Under the pieces are notes generated by a model that was not told the DNA's origin, made no database searches, and was given only the letters and a program-made list of their open reading frames with translations. Below, one piece after another: positions 53,501 to 60,719 of a stretch of 60,719 bases of DNA. Made by a program: the position numbers and the translations under genes. Every line of letters starts with the position of its first letter. Within the stretch, counting starts at the first letter, position 1. Location: contig JBBQSO010000026.1 of NCBI GenBank assembly GCA_038213805.1, forward strand, positions 1 to 60,719, read 5' to 3'. The stretch is from Planctomycetota bacterium. GTDB taxonomy: Bacteria > Planctomycetota > UBA11346.

Positions 53501-53825
53501 GTTCGAGCTTCTCCCAGTCGGGCATGCGTCGGTGGATGAGCGCGCGCTTGTCGGCGATGCTGGTGCAGGCCAGCGAGTCGTAGAGCCAGTCGATGTGGGT
53601 GCGGATGTCGAGCGCGCCGTTGGTGCGGCGGTTGGTGTTGGTGACGTAGACGCGGCCCTGCGGGTCGGTGGTGATGCCGACCACGCTGCCGACCATGCCG
53701 GTGGTCGCGAATTCGCTGATCGTGAGCGCGCCCTCCTCGGCGGCGGTCAGCAGCGCCGGGGTAAGCAGCGCGAGCGCGGCGAGGCCGGGCAGCAGGTGGC
53801 GGAGCCGGCAGTCGGAATTGGTCAT
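50559..53825 (-). CDS. PVC-type heme-binding CxxCH protein (dehydrogenase-like beta-propeller + HEAT repeats + cytochrome c)
   Basis: Signal peptide, EDSDGDGKADK, HGPTLGMDGRIYWSMGD, GVRNP..L.FDDFGNLFTVDND, HEAT repeats, CLQCH, VGPDL and SVMP motifs. Confidence 0.9.
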   Translation of the reverse strand: MTNSDCRLRHLLPGLAALALLTPALLTAAEEGALTISEFATTGMVGSVVGITTDPQGRVYVTNTNRRTNGALDIRTHIDWLYDSLACTSIADKRALIHRRMPDWEKLEHVTEQVIRVEDSDGDGKADKRSVVFDGFGTDINGVAAGILWYDNALYVTSYPSLYRLTDPDGDGVFDKVQELATGFGIHVGYGGHDMHGPTLGMDGRIYWSMGDKGFNVTAEGKNHYFPGQGGVFRIEPDGTGFAVFCHGVRNPEELTFDDFGNLFTVDNDGDMGDKERFENLVDGADLGWRAWYQYREGKHWADIVAFNPWMADHLWQPEAENQPAYLTPGLDNFSDGPVGFKHNPGTALNARYHDCFFLAESSKKVSAFRAVPHGASFRMANPEVVLTGPFTTGLYFAPDGALCLADWGDNPWLPHTKGRVLKLDDPAHAKDPARLDTAALIRAGMAGRPAAELAMLLDHADQRIRITAQIALAKQGAEGLKALTARALVPGATRPGRVHAIWGVGMVARRAGASAAVQPLLPLLADADVEVRAHVARVLGEAGLTSAASAVAVLLADPEPRARLFAGIALARIGGPAQFSAAVAMLAANDNADPFVRHGGVMALDGCARGDHAPLLGLATHASRAVRLAAVVALRHAGDPEVARFLADADPLVVGEAARAIHDDLSIPAALPVLARLLERTDITEDGSIRRAISANLRLGDAAAAARLAAYAARTAAPALMRAEAIDSLAWWGKPLVLDRVQATYRGLPARDPAVAVAALGKSLEALLLDKHQPVQSATAHLIAQLKLSEWTARVTALANDQARDDDVRAVAFNAMDALGAPDVEATAQRLLAAAHPALRGAALAVIARRAPTADSTFAALQTALASADLRDRQQAVAVLGTLSDARAQALSGTLLDDWKAETLAPGLRLDVADAVRAQKAKPLIARLDALEKALAKSAPLGLASLALEGGDAEAGAAIFKGGAAISCLQCHTLGAGTSVGPDLQHVASRLDRGHLLSSMIDPQADIADGFGMITLVLADGGLVAGVLVGETPDALRVRGPAGGEPQVVPKAKIAQRSKVVSVMPPIGSLLSRGEIRNLVAYLITLK

Positions 53826-54103
53826 GACGGCGGATCTCAGCTTGGCGGGGACGGTTGGCAATACGATGACGTGCGAGCACCTCCACGGGGCGGCGGCACG
53901 GCGGTGCTGCACCATACGCGGCTGGTGGCGCTGCGCAGTCAAACAGATCGGCTGGGTCCGCGCTGGGGCGCGGAATCCGCTCAGGAACATGGCGAAGACG
54001 CTCTGCAGGCCCGCGCGCCCTCGACATGTCCAGGGCTGCGCACGCCTTCGCGCAGCGTCTTGGCATCGTCCCGGGCCCGCGCTCGCGAAACGCCTGGCGC
54101 CGC

Positions 54104-55733
54104 TCACCCTGACTGGTGCACGAACACCTGCGCCTGCCATCCGGCCAGCTCGATGAGCAGCGCATCCTCCGCCCCGGTGTCGTGGTTGAAATCGAGCGTA
54201 TGCTCGTGCCAGCGTCCCGCCGCGGGCGCCTTGACCGTCAACGCCACGTCGCCATCGCCGCCATGCACGGCGATCAGCACGCGCCCGCCGGCCGCGTCCC
54301 AGCGGTGCACCACCAGCAGCTGACGCGCGTCATCGCGGTGCAGCACCGCGCAGTCGTCTCCGCGCAGCGCGCCCATGCGCGCACGCAAGGCGAGCAGCCC
54401 GCGCACCAGGTCGCACAGCCCGCGGCGGCGCGGGTCGTCGAGCAGCGTCCAGTCGAGGGGGTGCGGTTCCGGACTCGCCGGCGCGGCGCAGCCGAACTCG
54501 TCGCCCATCCACACCATGGGCAGACCGACCGCGGTCAGCAGCACGATCAGACCCAGCCGGTGGCGGTGGAGCGCCGCCGCCTCGTCCAGGCCTTTGTCCA
54601 GCAGATGACGCACGGTGTAGCCGGTGTCGTGCGAGGCCAGGTAGATGACGGCGTCCTTGCCGCTCGGGTAGCCGTCCCTGCGGCAGTCGAAGCAGCGTTC
54701 GAGCGCGTCGCCGTCCCAGGTGCCGGCCAGCAGCGCGCGCAGGCGCTGCCCGAAGGACTCGTTCCAGCACGCGTCCATCGGGCTGGCCGGTCCGACCAGC
54801 GCGAGATCGATCGGCAGGCATTCCGCGAAGGCATAGAACGGCTTGGCGCCGGCGAGGTCGCGCGCCCACCCGGTGAGTTCGGCGAGAAAATCGCGGTCCT
54901 GCATTTGCGACACCGCGTCGTAGCGGATGCCGTCGAAGTGGAAGAGGTGGATCCAGTGCGCGACCTTCTGCTTGAGGAAGTGGCGGCCCGGGTATTCCGT
55001 CGTGCCTGGCAGGCACAGCGAGTAGTTGAACTGCGGGCCCCACGCCACCGCCGGGTCCTTGGGCGCATGGTGGAAATAGCAGTCGTGGTCGAGGTGGGCG
55101 AGCGGGCAGTCCTTGCTGGCGTGGTTGTAGACGCCGTCGAACAGCACCACCAGGCCGCGGCCGTGGGCCGCGTCGACCAGGTGGCACAGCGCCTCCTCAC
55201 TACCGAACCGCGGCTCGACCGCGAAGAAGAAGCACGGCGTGTAGCCCCAACCCTGGTTGGTGTCGGAGCCGGTCAGCGGCAGCAGTTCGATGGCGGTGAA
55301 GCCGAGATCGGCGATGTGCGCGAGGCGCTCCTCGACGGCGGCGAAGGTCCCATCCGGCCCGGGGAAGTCCTGGACGTACAATTCGTAGATGGCGAGGCGG
55401 TCATGCTCGGGATGCGGGACCGCGTCATGGCGCCAGGCGTACTGCTCGGCGATGGTGCTTGGCGGGATGGTCACGGTCGAGGCCATGCGATCAGGACTGA
55501 GGAAGCGTCCCAGCGGATCGGCGATGGCGACCTCCTTGCCCTTTTGGAACCAGCTCAGGGAGTGCAGGTGATAGGTGTAGGTATGGGTGCCATCGGGCAG
55601 ATCGGCCTCCAGCGTCCAGGTGCCGTCCGGGCCGCGCTGCAGCGGGCGGAGCTCGTCGCCCCAAGCGGAGCAGCAGCAGGAGATGGCGGGAGTGGTCGGC
55701 GCGTAGATGGAGGATGGAGAAGGTGTGCTTCAC
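54104..55733 (-). pseudogene. GH13 alpha-amylase-family / branching-enzyme-like protein with N-terminal CBM48, frameshifted by a 7-bp duplication
   Basis: IYELYV, GFTAIELLP, WGY, DGVYNH, DGIRYDAV and YLASHD motifs. The N-terminus GTG-KHTFSI|YAPTT...WTLEADLPDG is broken by the duplicated CTCCATC at 55706-55719. Confidence 0.8.
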
Positions 55734-56036
55734 GGTGGCCCACGACGGCTGGCGGTGAGGTCGGTCAGGTACCGGCGGCGCCGGCGGCCGGGGCTGAGCA
55801 CACGCGGGGCCAACCCGTGGTACCGCGTCGCATCCGATAATTTGCTGGTGGCGGGCGGGGGGTGACGCTGTGGCACGACGATCTGCAATTCCCGCCCTGC
55901 GGATTGCAGGATGCTGAAACCCCTGCCGCAGCGGTCCTGTCGAGCTACGCTGCAATGAAGGTCGGATGACACGCGGCAGACACGTCAAGCTGTTGGCATG
56001 GTCGGCGCAAGGCATGGTCGCACCCGGAATCGACGC

Positions 56037-57938
56037 ATGACCACCCAGCCGCTCACCACGCCCGCCTCGACCGCCTCCGCCCAGGAGCGTCGCGCCCGGT
56101 TGGAGCGGCCGCTCATGACGCCGGGCGTCATCCCCCACGCCGACGGCACTTGCGACATCCGCGTGTGGGCACCGCACGCGCAGCGCCTGGATCTGGTCAT
56201 CACCGGCGCGCCGCCGCGCCCGCTGAACCGAGGCGAACGCGGCTGGTGGGGCCTGCAGGTGCACGACGTGGTCATCGGCGACCGCTACCGCTTCAGCGTC
56301 GATGGCGGCGAGCCACGCCCTGATCCCGCCAGCCGCTCCCAACCGGAAGGCGTGCACGCGGCGTCCGCGGTGGTCGCGCTCAACGACTTCGCCTGGACGG
56401 ACCGCGCCTGGCGCGGACTGCCCCTTGCCGACTACGTGCTGTACGAGCTGCACCTTGGCACCTTCAGCGATGCGGGCACCTGCGACGCCGCCATCGCCCA
56501 CCTCGACGAGCTGGTCGACCTCGGCGTCACGGCCGTTGAGATCATGCCGGTGGCGCAATGCCCGGGCGGGCGCAATTGGGGCTATGACGGCGTCTACCCG
56601 TTCGCCGTGCAGGACAGCCTCGGCGGACCGGCCGCCTTCCAGCGCCTGATCGACGCCTGCCATGCGCGCGGTCTGGCCGTGGTGCTGGACGTGGTCTACA
56701 ACCACTTCGGGCCCGAGGGCAACTACCTCGGCACGTTCATGCCGATCGTCTCGGACCGCTACCGCACGCCGTGGGGCGGCGCGGTCAATCTCGACGGGCC
56801 TGACAGCGACGGGGTGCGCGACTTCCTGATCGCCAACGCCCGCCAATGGTTGGTCGACTTCCACGTCGACGCGCTGCGTCTCGACGCGGTCCACGCCATG
56901 GTGGACGCCGGCGCGCGCCACTTCCTGGCCGAGCTCGCCGCGCAGGTCGCCGCCTGGGCGCAGGAGACCGGCCGGGCCCTGCATCTGATGGCCGAGAGCG
57001 ACCTCAACGCCAGCCGTCTGGTGCGGGCGCCGGCGGTGGGCGGGTACGGTCTGGACGCGCAGTGGACAGACGACTTCCACCACGCCCTGCACGCCCTGCT
57101 GACTGGCGAGAAGCACGCCTACTACGCCGACTACGGCGAGGTCGCGCACCTGCGCGACGCCTACGCCGCGGGGCACGTCTACGCCGGGCGCTGGAGCGCT
57201 GGGCGGCGCCTGACCCACGGCGACGACGCCAGCGACCTGCCCACGGAGCGCTTCGTGGTGTTCAGCCAGAACCACGACCAGATCGGCAATCGCCAGCATG
57301 GCGACCGCCTCGCCGCGCTCACCGACTTCGAGGGCCTGAAGTGCGCGGCCGCCGCCGTGCTGCTGTCCCCCTACCTGCCACTGCTGTTCATGGGCGAGGA
57401 ATGGGGGGAGCGCACGCCCTTCCAGTACTTTGTCGATCACAGTGATCCCGCGCTCATCGCCGCAGTGCGCGCCGGCCGCCAACGCGAGTTTGGCGCCCTG
57501 CACGGCGCAGGCGAGATGCCGGATCCCTTCGCCGCCACGACCTGGCGCGCTTCGCGCCTGGACCGCGCCGCCGCACAGGTCGAGCCCGGCCGCACGCTGC
57601 GCGCCTTCTACCGCGAGTGCCTGCGCCTGCGCCGCGATCTGCCCGCCCTGCAGCCCGGGCTGCGCGCCAGCGTCGCGGTCGACCAGCCGCACCCCGCAAC
57701 CATCGCGGTCGCGCGCCACGCGCCCGGCTGCCGCACCTGGCTGCTGCTCAATCCGACCGCAGAGACGGTCACCGGGCTGGCCATCCCGCCGGGTCGCTGG
57801 CAGATCGCGCTGGACAGCAGTGCGGGCCGGTGGTTGGGCCGTGATGGCGTGGGCGAGCACCCGCCGACCCCGGGCGACGGCCTGACGCGCCTGGGTCGCA
57901 GCGCCCTGCTGCTGATCGACCTGGAGACCGTACCGTGA
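56037..57938 (+). CDS. treZ: Malto-oligosyltrehalose trehalohydrolase
   Basis: RVWAPHA, PDPASRSQPEGVH, YELHLGTF, NWGYDGV, DVVYNHFGPEGNY, LRLDAVHA, QNHDQIGNR and LLFMGEEWG motifs. Confidence 0.95.
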   Translation: MTTQPLTTPASTASAQERRARLERPLMTPGVIPHADGTCDIRVWAPHAQRLDLVITGAPPRPLNRGERGWWGLQVHDVVIGDRYRFSVDGGEPRPDPASRSQPEGVHAASAVVALNDFAWTDRAWRGLPLADYVLYELHLGTFSDAGTCDAAIAHLDELVDLGVTAVEIMPVAQCPGGRNWGYDGVYPFAVQDSLGGPAAFQRLIDACHARGLAVVLDVVYNHFGPEGNYLGTFMPIVSDRYRTPWGGAVNLDGPDSDGVRDFLIANARQWLVDFHVDALRLDAVHAMVDAGARHFLAELAAQVAAWAQETGRALHLMAESDLNASRLVRAPAVGGYGLDAQWTDDFHHALHALLTGEKHAYYADYGEVAHLRDAYAAGHVYAGRWSAGRRLTHGDDASDLPTERFVVFSQNHDQIGNRQHGDRLAALTDFEGLKCAAAAVLLSPYLPLLFMGEEWGERTPFQYFVDHSDPALIAAVRAGRQREFGALHGAGEMPDPFAATTWRASRLDRAAAQVEPGRTLRAFYRECLRLRRDLPALQPGLRASVAVDQPHPATIAVARHAPGCRTWLLLNPTAETVTGLAIPPGRWQIALDSSAGRWLGRDGVGEHPPTPGDGLTRLGRSALLLIDLETVP

Positions 57939-60638
57939 CCGCCTTCCGCGCCCCCATGCCGCTGCGCATCGCCACGTACCGCCTGCAGTTCACGCCGCAG
58001 TTCCGCTTTAGCGACGCGCTCGCGCTGCTGCCCTACCTGCGCGATCTCGGCGTCAGCCACATCTACGCCTCGCCGATCACGCAGGCGCGCACCGGCAGCA
58101 CGCACGGCTACGACGTCTGCGATCCGCGCGCGGTCAATCACGAGCTGGGGACACGCGACGAACTGGTCGATCTGCTGCGCGCGGTGCGCGCCCACGGCCT
58201 GGGCTGGCTGCAGGACGTGGTGCCCAACCACCTCGCGGTCAGCGCGCAGAACCCGTACCTGTGGGACGTGCTCGCATTCGGCAGTCGCTCGCGCTGGGGC
58301 TTCCTCTTCGACATCGACTGGGACCACCCCGACCTGGACGGCAAGGTGCTGTTGCCGCAGCTCGGCGAGCCTTACGCGGACAGCCTGCGCGCGGGCAAGC
58401 TGCGCCTGCGCTGGCGGGAGCGCGGCCCAGTACTGACCTACGGCGAGCTAGAGCTGCCGCTGGCCGGGGCGAGCGTCGCCGCGCTGCTCGACGCGGCCGG
58501 CGTCGCCCCCGGGATCAGCCAGGCGCTCGCCGAGAGCGACGCGTTGATGACTGCCGAGGCGCGCGAGGGCCGGCGCTCCGCGGCGCTGGAGATGGCAGTG
58601 GAACCGGCGCTGCGCCAGGAGCTCGAGCGGGTGCTCGACGAAGTCACCGATCCGCTGGCGCTGGACGCCGTGATCGTCCAGCAGGCCTGGCAGCTGGCGT
58701 GGTGGCGCATGGGCCGCGAACAGGTCGGCTACCGCCGCTTCTTCGCCATCGACGAACTCATCGCGGTGCGCATGGACGATCCGCGCACCTTTGCACTGAT
58801 GCACGCCCTGGCTTTCGAGCTGGTCGACAGCGGGCTGGTCGATGGCCTGCGCATCGACCACGTCGATGGCCTGATCGACCCGACCGCCTACCTCAGCGCA
58901 CTGCGCGCGCGCCTGCCGGGCGCATGGCTGGTGGTGGAGAAGATCCTTGGTCGGGACGAGGATCTGCCGGCGCAGTGGCCGATCGACGGTACCACCGGCT
59001 ACGAACTGCTTGCCGGCATGACCGCGGCCTGCTGCTCGTCGGCGTCGGCGGCGCGCTTCGGCGCCCTTCACCGCCGCCTGACCGGCTGCCACGTGGAGCC
59101 GGCGCGCCTGGCCGGGGACCTGCGCCGCGACGTGGACGCGCTCGGACTGGGTGGCGATCTCGATCGTCTGGTGCGCGAGCTGCGCGCGGCGGCCCGCGCC
59201 ACACCGCCGCTGCGCGACTGTGGGCGCGGCAGCCTGCGCCGCGCGCTCGCCGCGCTGCTCGCCGCCTTGCCGGTGTATCGCACCTACAGCGGACCCGACG
59301 ACCCGCCGCAAGTGGCCCGCGCGCTGCTCGCTGGCGCATGCGACACCGCGTGCCGCGAGCAGCCTGCGCTGGCCCCGATCATTGCCGGTCTGCACGAGGT
59401 TCTCGCCAGCGGCATCGCTGCAGACGCGCCGGCGGGGCCGCGCGCCGCGCTGCTACGCGTGCAGCAGGTGAGTGGCGCGGTGATGGCGAAGGGGTGCGAG
59501 GACACCTTCTTCTACGCGTATACGCGGCTGCTCGCGCTCAACGAGGTGGGCGGCGATCCGCTGGTCTTCGGCAGCGACTCGACGGCGTTCCTCACCGGCG
59601 CGCTGGCGCGCGGCGCGCGCTGGCCAGCGACCATGAACGCCTCGGCGACGCACGACACCAAGCGCGGCGAGGATCTGCGCGCGCGCCTCGCCGCGCTGAG
59701 CTGGATGCCCGAGCGCTGGGATGCCTTCGCCAGCGCCTGGATGGCGGACCACGAGCGCTGGGGTGTGCACCTCGCCGGCGGTCCGGCGCCTGGGCGCGAG
59801 GACCGCTATCTGCTCTACCAGACCCTGGTCGGCACCTGGCCGGAGGACGGCTCGGTGGATGTTGCCTATGGTGAGCGCATCCAGGCGTGCGCGCTGAAGT
59901 CGGCGCGCGAGTGCGGGCAGCGTACGCGCTGGAGCGAACCGGACGCCGCCTATGAAGAAGCGCTGCGTCAGTGGCTGGCCGCGTTGCTCGACCCCGGCAT
60001 CTCAGCGGCCTTCCACGCCGAACTCGGCAAGTTGGTCGCGGCGCTCGCACCACGCGCCCACGCCATCAGCGCTGCCCAGGTGGTGCTCAAGTGCACCCTG
60101 CCGGGGGTGCCCGACATCTATCAAGGCAGCGAGCTGGGCGATTTTTCCCTGGTCGATCCCGACAATCGCCGACCGGTCGATTTCGCGCTAGCGCGCCGCC
60201 TGCTGGCGGGCGAGGCGGGGAGCGGCAAGCCGTCGCTTCCGGGCAAGCTCGACCAGCTCGCCCGCTTCCTGCATCTGCGCCGCGCCGATCCCGCACTGTG
60301 GTGTCAGGGCGGCGCCCATGCCGTGGCCACCTCGCCCCCCCCTCCCGCAGGGCGTGATGGCTTTCGTGCGCGCGAGCGTTGATGCCGTCGCCCTGGTGGT
60401 CGTCGCCGTGGCCGACCTGCAGGCGCTCACGGGGACGACGCTCGCGTGCGAGCCTGGTTGGCAGGACCTCGCCTGGAGCGATGCGCTGACTGGACGGATC
60501 CAGGGCCAGCACCGTCTCGACTCCCTCGCGACCGTGCTGGGCGGAATGACGTACGCGGTGTTGATCGGCAGACGGCAGGTCGCGGGGGTGCGCGTCGCAC
60601 TGCGTGGTGATGTGCTGCTCCCGGAGCAGGTACTGTGA
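57935..60638 (+). CDS. treY: Malto-oligosyltrehalose synthase (frameshift in a C8 run near the 3' end as assembled)
   Basis: ATYRLQF, GSTHGYDV, DVVPNH, YRRFF, GLRIDHVDGL, EKIL, ATHDTKRGED, PGVPDIYQG and SLVDPDNRRPVDF motifs. The ORF stops at 60382 but a TreY-like C-terminus (VMAFVR...WSDALTG...LATVLGGMTYAVL) continues in the +1 frame to 60638. Confidence 0.9.
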
Positions 60639-60719
60639 CAAGGAGACGGAATCGCGCGGCTGGCGCGTTCACCGCATCGCTCGATGAAGCGGCCCAGTGG
60701 GCCGCGGTATCATGGGGCA

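Noticed and set aside
50865..54323. 1152-aa plus-strand ORF and many similar long ORFs (e.g. 23087..25375, 34113..36107, 55491..57860)
   Set aside because: These are antisense shadows of well-supported genes, expected at high GC, and have no recognisable motifs.
55871..55887. Sigma54 promoter TGGCACG...TGCA upstream of treZ
   Set aside because: The GG-to-GC spacing is 11 nt rather than the required 10.

Overview
GC-rich bacterial chromosomal segment, most likely from the PVC superphylum and probably a Planctomycetota. This is inferred from a PVC-type heme-binding CxxCH/HEAT protein, a stand-alone CoaC, a REC-RsbW fusion and prepilin-domain proteins. Left part (1-33.3 kb), core and envelope genes: metK (partial), waaA-coaC-kdsA, a SPOR-domain pair, uxaC, an ArnT/GT2/LAB_N lipid-modification set, an archaeal-style HPS-RraA fusion, a histidine kinase plus REC-anti-sigma pair, gpmI, pilT-pilB-pilC, a PPIase, rsmA, scpB, a trpG/pabA-type gene and tRNA-Arg(ACG). 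Right part (33.3-60.7 kb): monomeric icd; an orphan 98-aa gene with a sigma54-type promoter, divergent from a translationally coupled three-gene cassette of unusually large prepilin-like proteins; a LacI-regulated glycan locus (GH29, disrupted GH2, GH71/99-like); a PVC heme-c protein; and a GH13/treZ/treY locus in which two genes are frameshifted. Many intergenic gaps hold short-tandem-repeat arrays arranged as inverted arms, plus a four-copy MITE/REP-like palindromic family. No CRISPR array, integrase or transposase was recognised. All calls come from reading motifs by eye; no database search was run.
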